Shown: in pieces, positions 22,323 to 36,030 of the stretch
How positions within the stretch are numbered: position 1 is the first letter of the stretch
Layout of the letters: every line of letters starts with the position of its first letter
From: Trichosphaerium sp. ATCC 40318
Lineage: Eukaryota; Protista; Tubulinea
Length of the DNA: 64,000 nt
Direction: 5' to 3'
Assembly: GCA_038496445.1 (NCBI GenBank)
Contig: JALMLS010000074.1
Span: 62,001 to 126,000, forward strand
Program-made: the position numbers and the translations under genes
The notes under the pieces: model-generated
Database searches by the model: none
The model's input: only the letters and a program-made list of their open reading frames with translations
What the model was told of the DNA's origin: nothing

Positions 22323-24296
22323 ATGTCTTGTTTTGTACTTATAGCACGCACACTTATTACCTTATCTTTTGCGTCACAAGCATATTGTCTAACGATAACA
22401 GGTCCTTCACCCGCAAGGTACAAAAACAAGAATTTTCCTGTTGGACAAAGAACTTTCATTTAGCACAAATTTTTTTTCAAAATAACTTAAGTGTGCGCTG
22501 AAAACTAAGGAAAACGCTCTGTGGCGCTTTCATTCTGATAATAGGAACTAAATAACTTCTTACGTATGTTACAGAGATTCTTTTAATAGCATGCGAACGT
22601 GGAGTTTTGGAGGCGATGCGTATGAAGACGCAAGACAAAAACTTGGTAAAGGAATTCTTTTTCAAAAACCATGTAAAACTCACTGTAGTTTTAGAAGATG
22701 AAGGCCATACTGTTGATATAATTGATACCATATCCCCACAAACTTTAAGCTCTTCGGATGTATTTATATCAGGTGTTATGGACGATATGAATGAAGAGGA
22801 GATGATTTTGGATTGGGTTTCTCTAGGTAACTTGGTATACATCATGTGCGATAGGGCTGAGCAAAGCTACTGTGATACACTCTTTCCAGGTACTCAGTGA
22901 CTCTATATTGCTATTACAACACGTAACTTAAGACTTCAGACATAACAGCAATCGATATCGAGTTTTGCGATTGTAGCAATGACGCAGACGTACCGCAAAT
23001 CAAAAATAATTATCAGCTGTTTTTACACTGTTAATCTTTTTACCTAGAATGTTTACCTTGTGGTAGAGCATCCTTTGTTTACAAATTATACGGTAAATGA
23101 TCAAATTCCTATTGAAGGGAGAACAGGTACTATTAAAAGCACAAGTTGCACGTGTACTAATTTTTGACTAGTTAGATTTAACATCGACTCGACTAGTTTG
23201 CAATATACGGTCCTTGCTTCTCATGAACAAAATTCAGTCGTTCCTGCGATAATTGAAGTCTCGTGGGATTTAGGTAAAGTTATACTTATTGGAGACGGTG
23301 GTTTTTTCTCAGACGAAATTTTTGGACAAGCTGCAACACAAAACATTTTCATCAATGCTGTTAACAAAGGTGCTCATTAAACAAACAAAAATACGTATCT
23401 CCTCACAATAGACATTAGCACAAGAAATTATATCAGGGCCTCCAACTACTATGGCACCAACTACTGTCCCTCCAACTACGACTGCACCAACTACCATGTC
23501 ACCAACAACAACAGCACCATCAACACTGGCTCCGTTTAACGTACAAGTTGGACTCATTAAGCAAGAACTTATCTTTTAAAATAGCGTGGTTTGGTTGTTG
23601 CTTCTGATATCGTGATTGTGGAAACAACAACTATTGTAGGCAATCTAACAATAATTAATAACAGTAATCTTCAGATCAGTCAAGATACTGTTGTTACAGT
23701 CACAGGTACCGAAAGAAAGACAAAGAATTAAACAAAAAAATCACGTTTTTTGCTAAAAATGTAACAAGGATGTTTGGAAACTGGAAATGGAACTCTTGAA
23801 ATACAATTCGACAATACTATTCCTGATGATGGAGAAGAGCGAGAGTTCATTGAATACATGTGTATTGATTCCACATTTTCAGGTATAAGTGCAGTCACAA
23901 GTGATCAATGCAAGGACATAGGTATTGCCAGCTCAGAATACAGCGCAACAAGTCTTTCTGTTGTATTTTCTGTAAAGGATACTTGCTCTCAGAGCAGTTC
24001 TGGAGGTGGTATCAAATGGTGGGGTGTTTTGTTAATAGTCATTGTGGTAGTTGGGTTGGCTATAGCTTTCGTTGTCACAGTTTACTTTGTCAAGGTACAC
24101 GAGACATTTCGATCGTTTAATTTTATTATTTCAGAAAAATAATGACTAACGTTTTTATTTCAAGCCTTTGCGTGATAGACTGATGCCATTTGAGAAAAGA
24201 GCACGCGCAGTATGAGTGGTTTTATATGTTTTTATTTAATCTGACATTTATCCGTAGCGTCCACGTGAGCTTGATTTAGAAGAAACTGAAATGTAA
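22323..24296 (+). CDS. Type I membrane protein (signal peptide, alpha/beta ectodomain, Pro/Thr stalk, Cys-containing juxtamembrane domain, TM helix, short tail), paralogue A
   Basis: Signal MSCFVLIARTLITLSFASQAYC; TWSFGGDAYEDARQ; GKVILIGDGGFFS; PPTTMAPTT stalk; TM WWGVLLIVIVVVGLAIAFVVTVYFV; tail KPLRDRLMPF. Confidence 0.8.
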
Positions 24297-24729
24297 ATTT
24301 CATGTCTTTTGCTGATCTTTCATTTGTTTTCGAACACAGAAAGGACTCATCATTCTCGTCGCACAAACTCATGAGTGTAAAATCTTTTAACAGTGTAATA
24401 AATAAAACTTTCGAGTACTTTAATAGTTTGGGCCACTAAAGGATCCAGGAATTTTGTCCAACCTTTTTTTTTGAACTTTTTCGAACTTTTACCGTCCACG
24501 ACGGACGAACTAACCTACAAGCAATACCATCATATCACTTTTCTTCCCTGCTTTAAGCCAGATTCCGAAAGGAGCTCCTCGAAACAAGACCGAAATGGAC
24601 TTGACAACGAAAATAGAATTTCTTTTCTTTTTGTTCCGCAAGTATTTGAATAAGCTGTACGTCAAAAAAGCCTGTAGATATTTTGCAATTACAAAATTGA
24701 CGAATTACTGCCAGCAAGCCTGAAAATAA

Positions 24730-26966
24730 ATGTATACTACCTGCAACGCAGTAAGAACCAACAATAGCACATATGTGGCTTGTTTTGTGCAGTTTGGAAT
24801 CACATTGGTGGTATTGGCTGCTATTACACCACAAGCGTTAAGTATACGCGTAGCAGGGCCTGCTGAAGGAAGGTACTTTCCCTTAAAAGGCAACTCAGTC
24901 TTAAAATGTTTGATCGCCAATAATACGTTTGTTTTATGCGAAAAATACATTGCAGTGCGCTAGGTGCATTTTTGGTTCATAAACAATCGTTTTGAGAAAT
25001 ATCACTTACCACAAAGTTGTAGGGATCCGTACCAGGGTAGGGGGTTTGCAGCCACGTGGTCTTTCGGCGGTACAGCGTACGAAGAAGCAAGACAACAAAG
25101 TAAGAAAATGTGAACGAAGTTCGAAAAAAAAAAACCCACATGCTCAGCCTAGTTAGTCAACTCGTTATTTTTCGCTCTGGAAGCACTTTAATTTGTGTCG
25201 TAGTATCCATTAGAGCACTTTTTACGAGAACAATATATGACGAAATAACGAGTTGACTAACTTGACTGAAACGGACAAATATCTTTTTATTATTGTAGTA
25301 ATCGATATTGGCCATGAAGTTAGTCTATCCAACACTATAACAGCTGGGTTTTTAACTGGAAAAGATGTATTTATAACAGGTTGTATGAATGAAACAGGTG
25401 GAGAGAGGGATGTTATTTTGGATTGGGTATATGAAGGTAACTTAGCATATATCATGTGCGATGAGGCAGATCAAAGTTATTGTGATAAACTCTTTCCAGG
25501 TATGACACGTGACGCTTCCTATTGTTAATTGATGTTGGGAATTGTTTTTTGTCTCACAGTACTTAGATATACGTGCATTCAATTGTGATAGCAGCTGTAA
25601 CGATGAAGAAGAAGTACAAACTTTTCGTTTTTCTAATACAGATTTCACTAAAGATTGTCTTTAACGTTGCTTTTTAAGGTGTATATTGCTGTGAATGATC
25701 ATCCATTATTTCAAACTTTTACAATAGGAGACGATGTTCCTATAGAAGGATTGTTAGGTAGGTCACGTGAGCTTCATTACTTGTACTAACTTAAACCAAG
25801 TCGCGTTTTCTATAAACCCTTCAACAAACTTAACACATCAGGTGCTTGCGTATCACAATAGTCAAGGTTTAGACACTCCTGCAATAATTGAAATCACATG
25901 GGGCATGGGGAAAATATTGCTTATTGGCGACGGAGGTCTGTTCTCAAATTCTCTCTTTCTAGATTTCCAAATAACACAGAGAGTATTCAATAACTCTATT
26001 GAAAACGGTAAAATATCAATCCTAAAGTTCTTCTCTCACAAGCGACATTAGCGCAAGAAATTATATCAGGGCCTCCTACTACTATGGCACCAACTACTGT
26101 CCCTCCAACTAATGCGCCAACAACAACTTCACCAAGTACAGCAGCTCCAACTACTGTCCCTCCAACCACGAATACACCAACAACAATTCCGCCATCTACA
26201 ATAGCTCCAATGGTACGTTTTTAAATTCTAGTTTAACAACTAAACACAAAACTCAGCCCGGATTGGTAGTCGATTTTGATCTTGTATTGGTTAAAGCAAC
26301 AACTATTGATGGTGATCTAATATTGATCAACAACAGTACTCTTCAAATCAATCAAGATACTGTTGTTACAGTTACAGGTACCAAAAGAAAGACAAAGAAT
26401 TAAACAAAGAATCACGTGTTTGCTAAAAAGTAACAAGGATGCTTGGAAAGTGGAAATGGAACTCTTGAAATACAATTTAACAATACTATTCCAATTGACG
26501 GTGAAGAAAGAGAATTTGTACAATATGCATGTATTGCGTCTACATTCTCAAGTATAAGTGCAACTTCAAGTGATAAGTGTAAGGACATTACTATCGCCAA
26601 CTCAAAATACAGTGCAACAAGTCTTTCCGTTGTATTTTCTGTAAAAGATACTTGCTCTCAGAGCAGTTCTGGAGGTGGTATCATATGGTGGGGTGTAAAA
26701 ATTGAATGGTGGATGATTCTATCGACAGTAGTAGGAATCTTTGTAGCCTTGGTAGTAGTTTTCATCGTAACTGTTTTGTTTGTTCAGGTACGTATACCAC
26801 TGTATGTCCAAAAAAACTCTTAATATTGATTTCTAGCCTTTGCGTGATCGATTGATGCCATACAGTAGAGGTGCACGCAAGGTATGTGCCGATGTAGTTA
26901 CATAGAAATGTTTTCTAACTCATTTTATAGCGTCGTGGGGTTGATTTAGAAACCGCTTACAATTAA
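24730..26966 (+). CDS. Type I membrane protein, paralogue B (start uncertain)
   Basis: Same intron positions and motifs as paralogue A: TWSFGGTAYEEARQ, GKILLIGDGGLFS, PT stalk, TM, QPLRDRLMPY. Confidence 0.8.
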
Positions 26967-27471
26967 CTTGTAAGGTTTTTTTTTTTGTTATTTAATAAAT
27001 ATCTTGTATTGTACTCCTACGCAATGTTGATTGTTCCATTGTACTAAACCACGAACTGCTGTACATTGTAGCGTATTTTTCTTGTGGTAATAGCAATCCA
27101 GGATTCAGAACTCTTCTTCACATTTTCAGGTTTGGGTACTATCACGTGCTTTTACACCATAAGACATGTTGATGGATATTCTATTGTGTTGTTATAACAC
27201 ACTAATAAACAACTTCTTAACCAACCTACGAAATCACGTGGAAATCCAGATGAACAACGTGACCAAAACTAATAGTGATAGTCAACGTTTTTCGTCGTTT
27301 TTTTTTTGTATCTTTTTGTACCTGTCAACGTAAGCAATTCGTGAAGGTAGCGTTAGCGATAAACCTAGCACTATGAAAGCGTAAGTGTATAAATAATCAC
27401 CAGTTATCTCTAATTTTGCTCGAAGTACCACGGAACATACAGATACGCCTAAAGTACAATACTTCACTTGT

Positions 27472-28886
27472 TTGACTATTTATCGTTTGTTTCTTATTTA
27501 TTTTAAGGACCGGCCCGGATTAAACAAATTCTTTATTGTCTTTGTGTTCCTTGTTGTGGTGGTACTTGGTTATGTACTCTTATTTGAAAAGAGATTGGAA
27601 CACAGGGTTGTTTTTTTCTCGGTTAAACAAGATGATTCTACGGACAATACACCGTCTTTTATTTCTGATGTTTTTAAGTCAGAGGCACCGTCGAGAGCAC
27701 CAATAGCTACAGTATCAAATGAACCTAGAAAATCATCAAATCGCGTTGCAGTAATTGCTTATGATCTAAGAGTTCCTGCTCCTCTTTATCCACTTGAAAA
27801 TTATAGTGCGATTATTTATGATCAATATCAACAACTTACTTCGTATATAAATCAAATGTATGTGTATAAACATGGTTATACATACAAGTACTATAGTGGT
27901 AAAAAGGGTTGTATTCATAAAAACTTTCCTGATCTAAAGAGAAAGAACTTTTGGTGCAAAGTGATTGCAATGATGAAAGCGGCAAGGTAAACCCTTTTTT
28001 GGAATTCTGAAAATTTTTTCGAAAAAAGTCACGTGCCTATCACGTTTTTGATGTTTTTGTAATTTGATTATATTAGGGAACTTGATGTTGACTGGGTGTT
28101 GTATTTGGACTCAGATACGTTCGTAGCAAATAACACAATCGAGTTACCTTGGATGATGGATTATTTAAATGAAAATGAATTACTTGGAAAGTTTAACGAC
28201 AGTAATGTTTGGGATAGTTGGAAGCCACATAAATTTGATCTAGATAAATTAGTCCTTTCTGTTGGTGCAACTTGGAGGTTTCCAGAGAAACTTATAAACG
28301 CTGGTGTACTTGCTATGCGATTAAACAAAAATCTCTTGTGTGATTCAAAAGGAAATTATTGCAAAGAAAAAGGTATGTCAGTCGCTCCGTTCTTGAAAGA
28401 CTCGTTGCTCACTCTTTGTAAAGTAGTTGATAAATGTGAAATGTGTGCTATTCAAATACTTAATTATTGGTGGGATTGCGCTGGAGCGAGTAATGCTGGA
28501 GAAGATGATGATCAAGATGGCTTCAGAGATTTTGTTCTCGGTGACCCTATTTGGAAACATCATGTTGCTATTTCAAAAGCAGACACAATGAATCATAGAA
28601 GTACGTATGGATTCGATTATATAGAGCATTGGACAGGAGCTATACGAAGAGGTAAACGAAAGACATAAAACACGAGATATACACGTGTTATACTTAAAAG
28701 AAAAAAGTTGCTAATATTTTAATCTAAGCGCGAATGCCTCGTTATAGAGAACATTTAGGAACACTCACAGAAGAGATTAAAAATTACCCTGAGACGCGCT
28801 GGTCTCGATGCGTTAATATAACGAAGTGGGGATACGATGATGACCAAGTGATACCTTGGTGTTCAAGTAGAGAAAAAATAAATTAA
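27472..28886 (+). CDS. Type II membrane GT-A glycosyltransferase (GT34 / galactosyl-xylosyltransferase-like); true start unresolved
   Basis: N-terminal TM helix; Y.YKHGYTY; WCKVIAM; DWVLYLDSDTF (DxD); INAGV; DQDGF; HWTG. Confidence 0.8.
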
Positions 28887-29315
28887 AGATTTTACATTGT
28901 ACTCGGTACTTGAAAAACACAACCTTCACTAAACTGCTATAACCTAGCGGTGTACCTAAATGATACAGTCACTTCCTTTTATTTTATATCAAGGTCAACA
29001 AAATTGCAGCGTCGCTAAGGAGTACCTTGTAATCTCAAAAATTTCAGTATTTTAGACTGCAAATAAAAGTACGATCGTATCAAAACTTGTGAACAGTGTC
29101 ATTATAACATTCGCGTTTGTATCAGGCCAAAATGAGTTTTTGTTAATTGCAATAAAATTAGGATGACATACAGTTGTAGAGCTTGAACGAAATTCGACCT
29201 GCTTACTGACGTGGGTAATGGTGGGACCGTTAAAGCAGTGTGAAAAACGTTGACATTTAATAGAAACAATGTGACAATTTTCTTCTCCTGTTCGAGTGTT
29301 ACCTACGCCGTTGCT

Positions 29316-30700
29316 ATGTTTCTTAGATCGTACGCTTCTGTTCGTAGGTGTCCAGTACGTCTGTTCATAATTTGCGAGTTTATTAACAAAAACGCTAGAA
29401 AACTACGCCCCGCGCGTTTTCTGTGCGACGTAGATCATATACGAACCAAACAGACGCTTTAGAAGTAGATATCCCAGAAGTCGGCGAACACGCTGATAAC
29501 GCCAATATTCCGTGTCTAGACGCGTTTATTCAGCAGGAAAACAACGATTTTGTATCAACAGGTAACAAAACCAAGTCATCCAGCTATAAATCGCTGAAAT
29601 ACGTACTAGAGAGTGCTAAACCCAAAATAACCTACCCTCTATTCACGCCAAAATACATTGCTCAACTTAACGCAGAAACGCTTGCGGTTAGTTACGAAAA
29701 TGCGTTTACAGCGATACAAGACATTGAAGCTAAAGGAGACATACCACCTTATACATTATATGAAAGACTACTCTGCTCAGCGCCTACATACGAAACGGCA
29801 AAGGATGTGTTAAGAGAGCTAGAAAATAGAGGATACACAGCGTCATATCACGCACAGGTGACGTTAGCTAAGAAGTGTTGTATAGAGCAAAAAGTAGAAG
29901 AAGCAGAAGTATGGTTGAAAGAATTTGAGTCTTCTCAACAAAACCAGTTCGCACATTATCACATGTTTATTGATATGTATGCTAAGATTGGTGATAAGTA
30001 TAAGATGTCTGAATGTTATCAAAAGTCTAAGAGTTGCCCTGGGTTCCTTGATAGTGCTATAATAGCGTATATTAATGGATTAGATCTTAGTCACGCTTAT
30101 AGTGTTGCTAAACGTGATACAAAAGGGAAAAAACATTATAAGGCATTTAAGTCTCTTGTAGTTAAGTTTATCGAAGCAGATGATATTGAAACAGCTGAGA
30201 GTATTATTAATAAGCTATTAAAAGAGCAAGTAGCTTCTGGATGGGTATATACAAAGTTGATGAAGTACTATGCAGAGGAGAGTAAATCTTATGATAAAAT
30301 TATTAAATTGTATCACAAGATGTCTCGTGCTGGTCTATGGATATTTCATGAAGACACAAGGTATATAAAAAAGAGTATTAAAAATATAGAAGATATAAGT
30401 CTATTGGAGGTTGATCCTAAGTATGAAGGTCTTGATGATAATGGGAAGAGAGAAAGGTGTAAGGAAACTATGATGGCTTATTTTGTTCAATGTAGAAGAC
30501 TTCATATCAGATTGAAAAATAAGCAGAAGAGAAATATAGATAAAGTTAAACATAGTATACAAGACGATGTTGATAAAAAACAAACTGAGGAAACAAAAGA
30601 GGAAACAAATGAAGAAACAAATGAAGAAACAAAAGAGGAAACAAATGAGGAAACAAAAGAAGAAACAAAAGAGGAAACAAATAAGGAAACAAATACATAA
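29316..30700 (+). CDS. Mitochondrion-targeted PPR-like helical-repeat protein with acidic repeat tail
   Basis: One short intron (cca|gtacgt...ctag|aaa) yields presequence MFLRSYASVRRCPKTTPRAFSVRRRSY; PPR-like YHMFIDMYAKIGD and VYTKLMKYYA...IIKLYHKMSRAGL. Confidence 0.75.
30587..30697 (+). repeat. 12-bp coding tandem repeat ga(g/a)gaaacaaa(a/t), EET(K/N) about 9 times
   Basis: Directly visible. Confidence 0.9.
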
Positions 30701-31915
30701 AAAGTACACTCAAATGACAAAAGCAAACTGTACAAGACGTAACTCACTATACATTTCTTTATGAAAAAATTGTTGATTGAATGATAGAATAAAAAGTAAC
30801 ATTAAACTTACCTCATCTTACTACTTCGCTAGATATATTGATCATATCGTTGCCTGTCAGTAAAATGAAAGGCGGCAATAGCAATTGTCGCTACAAAGAT
30901 TGAGCTCATTGATTTGCTGCCGTTGAAGGAACACAAATCGCTGTGTTTCAAAATTAAACCAAGTCAATCCTTTTAACACAGATGATCCCTTTGTGCTTTT
31001 TACAGCCTACACTGTAACCACCACAGTTAATAGGAAAGATAGAAACAAATATACGAATGGTTTCTTCACTGGTGTAGGTGATGCAGCTTTTGATTTTGTA
31101 ACGCTTAGGACAATGTCACTCCACGTGATTTCCAACATATCAAAGCCAACAGTTTTCTAACACAAAATGGTTTATTTTGTGCGGTACTACACAAATCCTG
31201 GCGGTTTACTTTGGCTAAAAAAAAAAAAAAGGATATTTGTCACGTGCTCGTAAAACACTATAGAAACCTACGGGCAGCACTTTGTGTGCGTAGTATTGCC
31301 AGATTGTCTACCTTAGAGACCTACTAATGGTTTTTAATAATAACCCACGAACGCTATCAAAGTTGTATGTGTGTTCTTACCAATCACTAACTACAGAGAG
31401 GATGGATACACTGGCTAGGTTCTCGCGACAAAGTTAAGTTTTTGACGACGAAAATCGTAAAAAAAGGAGTACGAGCTTCGTTTACTATTTGTGACAATTT
31501 TAAACAATAAGCAACTGGGTGGCCACGTATCACAGTAGCGCGCCCGATCCACAAAAAACCTCTTGTATAATATTCTTTGCGGTATCGCAATATTTTACAT
31601 ACCCCTTTATTACCCAACAGGTATACTACCAGTTCGTGTGCCTTTTCGGAAATTCAGAATTTTATTTGTACAAAAGATTGCACCCACCTGAACTGTCCTT
31701 CGTTAGTAGGGATGTTTAGATATCTACATAATCTTGACAAGTATAATATTTTAAACCACGTTTTCAAAACCCACTTCGTATGGTACAGCGTGGTATACTA
31801 TACCATATGAAGGTCCTTATTTTCTTATTTCACAATATCTAAACATCTCTAATGGCCGTGTCGTAGGTACAGACCTGAAATGTACGCCTTAGTAAAGGTG
31901 AATCAATTGGGCACG

Positions 31916-32965
31916 ATGCTTCGTATTGTTTTATTATTGAGCGCTATGTTCATTCTAGCTGTTGACAGCAATGTGAAAGCCGTCAAAGAAGAGTTCCCTG
32001 GGGTATGACAAATTTATAATGACAATTAACTCATTACTATAGGTACCAGAACAGTTCAGAGTAGACTATCACCAGTTTGCTGACAATTGGCTTACTTCCA
32101 CTGGAACACTTGTACTGGATAACACAAACAAACGCTATGCTGGTAACGTGGTAAGTATGACCAGTTAACAAATCTTTTTGCACGTGGCTGTATGAAACAG
32201 TTTCTTGTTCTACGCTAAAATGATAATTTGTTTTAAACAGTTAATGTTGGCTCTTTTGCAACATTCCTTTAAATTCTTTGTAGCCCTTCAATGGTAATCG
32301 TTGTTTAATTCTAATGTAATTTGTTAAGACTGTTTATAATCCAGCAACAAATACCTGGAGTATAACTGAGAATGTTTGTAATGCGGATACATCTAATTAT
32401 TTTGTATCATGCCCTACTGGTGAAGGTGCTATACTTTATCTTGTTACTACGTTCATTAATTATATTAATTTTAGGCAAATGCGAACCTTGTGTTAAACAG
32501 AGATGTGACGCAAGTGACTTTCTTAAATTATTCCAACCCTTAACACCTACGTATGTTGGGGTTTTTTTCACCTACATTCATTCTAATCATTTTTCAGCTT
32601 TAATGGTGAAACAGTATTCTATGGCAAGAAAGTGAACGCTTGGCGCGTATCAGCGTCTGGAATAGGAGCTACATATTACTATTCAGGGTCAGGCAGTAAG
32701 TTCCCAAGCTATATTAACTTATTATTTTACAAATCAGTGTTTTGTAGTGATTTTTCTAACTAACTTATCTTTAGGCGATGCGATATTTGTAGGTATTGGT
32801 GGTATAGCATCCGAGATTGACATGTTATTTACATCCTTCCAAAGTGGTCCTCTTGATGATAGCTACTGGAACACGCCCTCTATGTGCACCGGCGAAGAGA
32901 CTGTTGAGGAAGGCAACGTGAATCATGATGAAGAACTTGAATACGACCCAACACTTTTCTTGTAG
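31916..32965 (+). CDS. Secreted ependymin-related (EPDR/LolA-fold-like) protein
   Basis: Signal MLRIVLLLSAMFILAVDS; P..PEQF....TGTLVLDNTNKR; FNGETVFYGKKVNAW; C-terminal FTSFQSGPLDDSYWNTPSMC matches the EPDR-type 'F..gp.d...F..P..C' end. Confidence 0.65.
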
Positions 32966-33211
32966 ATTTTTAGTCGCAAGAAAGACTTATAGCTAAGAGC
33001 GCATTGCTGTTAAATAACGACTTAAAATTTGTTTTTATCAATGACTTCGTTGACACATTAAAAGAAAGTGAAACAAAAACGCCACGTGATTTAAAAAAAG
33101 GGTAAAAAAAGTTGCTTAAACTACTACGTAAAGTAGGACTAACAAATCATGCAGAACAATATGTTGGTTTAGAAAATTGTTATTTAATGAGTGTACAATA
33201 GTTACATGAGC

Positions 33212-35652
33212 TTAAAATAATGCCATAAGACACAATACGATTAAAGCAAATGAAGCAAGAACAACAGAGTTGGCTTCGCTGATTTGATTAGCAGAGGTAA
33301 CAGTACCAGGTGCTAGTGGTGGTTTGGTCTCGACTGGTGCTTCAGTAGGTGCCATTGTTGTAGGAGGTACAGCAGTAGTTGGAGCTTCAGTAGTTGGAGG
33401 CTTTGTCTCTACAGGAGCAGCAGTAAGTGTGGTTGGTGCTTCAGTTGTAGGCGGCTTAGTTTCTACAGGTGCTGCTGAGGTTGGAACGTCTGTGAATGTT
33501 GAAGAAGGAGACTTTGTAGGTGGTTTTGTTGATGGTTCTGCAGTAGGTGCAGATGTTACTACGCCTTGTGGTGCGTTAGTGGTAGGACCTGGAGTAGGTT
33601 CTTTTGTTTCAGTAGGAGAGACAGGTTGGTTTGTTACACTTGAGTCCTTGATATTGACAGATCCACGAACATTGTTAACTTGTCCATTAGTGAACTGTAC
33701 AGCTACTTCAACAGCATGAACACCAGCCAAACCTGGAGCAGCGTCGCTGGAGTAAGGAGAAGAGTTATCTGTTGTGCTACAAACATGTCAGAGAATGCGT
33801 TGTTAGCAGAGTGATAAACGTACACAAGAGTGCTTGATTGGATTGTTGCTATTGGAGGAGTGATTTTGAAGATTACTGATTTTACAGGCACAGAGCTAAT
33901 AATAGTTGCAGCGACAGAAAATTCGCTGTCAGTGAGGTCAGTGATAGCGACTTCAACATCAGGATCAATATCTTTGGTTAAACCACCGCTTACGAAAGTC
34001 AAAGATACTTTCTAGAGGAAAGTAAGTCTAACTGTTTCAAAGTTGTCCGTGGTTTGAACGTACAGCATCATCAAGAGGAGTAGATAGAGTTTGTGAAACG
34101 AGTGTGCTGAAGAAGGTAGCTGGATGAGCGCCTAGAAGCATAGGAGCGCCATTTGGGAAACCAGCACCAGCGCCAATCTCGACAGAGAGATCACTCAAAT
34201 CGGTACCTGGAGGTGCAGAGTATTCAAAGCACATCCAAGATAGTTCACCGGAAGTAATGTCATCTGGGTTACCTGTGAACTAAAGTCTTGATTAGTTTAA
34301 AGATTGTGAATATAAAGTACTTACAGGTCCAGAGAAACCGCTCCAGTTGTTCAATACAAGAGGAGAGTTGGCGTTGTTGAATCCAGAGCCAGTGTTTTGG
34401 TTTGGATCAAAGGTGAATGGAAGGACAGCGTCCATATCAGGACCACGTCCTCCTTCCAAGTTGCAGAGAAGCTTTGCGTCAAGAATTTGTACAGCTACAT
34501 TGCTGCTACCCATACCGCAAGAACATGTCTCACCAGGAGTAGGTTTGAAAGTAGCAATTGGAATACAGAAGTTGTTTCCGACTAAGAAAGAGGCAATTAG
34601 ATAAGACACTTGAATGTAGCTGTGAAAACGTACACAAGTATACACCACGTGGTACATCAGTAGCAAGTCCGTTGGCTTCTACGCTTCTTTTTCCTTTATT
34701 AAAGGAAGGTTGAACTTCAAAACAGTTGACGCCATCTGGTAAGTCGCTTGTACAATCAAATCCAGCGTTACACCAGACTCCAGGATCGGTCTACAAAATA
34801 TTAGACGGATGATATAGAAAGTTGAAAAGCTCAAAAAAACGTACACCGTTGATTGCTGTAGAGCATTGGCATTGACTTGGAGCGCTTTGAAGTACTCCAT
34901 TAGAGTCACAACATGTACCACCGCAGTGAGTATCACATGCATTAGGTTCAGCTATAAACATAGTAAGTCAAGCTGTTTTAATATAAAGCTACTATGACAT
35001 ACGTTCCAAAAAGGTATCGTCTGGTAAACTGCAATCAGTTGAGGTTACACCATCTTCACAACCACTTTCACGACAGCAAGAACCGGTAACTAAAGCGATA
35101 TTCGTTAATACAAAGAAGAAGAAGGAGTGTAACAAGTTGATCATTATGTTCATGTTGAAAACAAAAAATAACGTACTATCTGGACATTGTCTGCCATCAC
35201 CATTTATGGTACCACCGCAACCATAACCGGCTCTGAAGTTACATCCAGGGCAGAAATCAGTCCATGTTTGAAAACAGTTTCCTCTTGAGCAGCAAGCGCC
35301 TAAAAAATTAAACGTAAGCCCAACTAATCCAAAAAAACAAATCGAGTTTGTGTGCTCGGAGTTTCGTTAATTATCTAATCAAAAACTACGAAGTTTGCAA
35401 TTACTTTTGTACTACGATATACGTACCACATGTGTATCCTGAGCTACAGTCTCCTCCGTTTCTGAAAGTACCGTTGCTCGCAGTACAGTCACCAAATGTT
35501 GTTTCTACGCATCCTTTACCATCAGAGCCATCAGGTCTGACGAAATCAACACAACAAGCGCCTGTGGCGTTTTGTGGGATTGTAATCTGAACACAGCATG
35601 AAGCAATGCTTACTATTGCTAGTATAGCTAATGTAGAACGTATGCTTATCAT
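33212..35652 (-). CDS. Cys-rich cell-surface protein with G(A/S)CC repeats, Pro/Thr mucin-like stalk and probable GPI signal
   Basis: Signal peptide; GACCVDF...C..TTFGDC....GTF..GGDC, GACCSRGNC, GSCCRESGC; APVETKPPTTEAPTT repeats; terminal SEANSVVLASFALIVLCLMALF*. Confidence 0.8.
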
Positions 35653-35709
35653 TTAAGATACGTTGTGAGTTGATTATTACTTGAAGAAACTGAACACAAA
35701 ACAAGTAAT

Positions 35710-35909
35710 TTGCAACTTGCAAGTTGCAATAAAATTGCGAATTTTAACGAAAATTCACAAAAAAAGATTAAATTCCCGTACACTTCCAAAAAGCAAGCAG
35801 TAATTTTTCTTGTTACGTATATTGACGTCATATGATAGCGTTTGAGAAAAAATAAAAAAAAGGTGTTCAAATAGTAAATTAGGAAACTCTTGAGATTGCA
35901 ACTTGCAAC
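35710..35909. promoter_or_regulatory. 20-bp perfect palindrome TTGCAACTTGCAAGTTGCAA, CRE-like TGACGTCA and a second TTGCAACTTGCAA
   Basis: At 35710-35729, 35823-35830 and about 35896-35908; first element lies 58 bp upstream of the surface-protein ATG. Confidence 0.55.
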
Positions 35910-36030
35910 ACACTCTATTTTACAAAAAGGAACTTTGTTTGTATAATACTAAATGTATTTTAGTAAACCTAGAGGTAATACAGCAAGATAAACTATTTTG
36001 AAGGAAAGAAATTTCATATTTTTGCCGAAA

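Noticed and set aside
30587-30697. CRISPR-like or telomere-like array
   Set aside because: No unique spacers; in-frame 12-bp coding repeat in a eukaryotic gene
30800-31900. Short ORFs on both strands between the PPR-like and ependymin-like genes
   Set aside because: I could not assemble a consistent spliced frame; left unannotated
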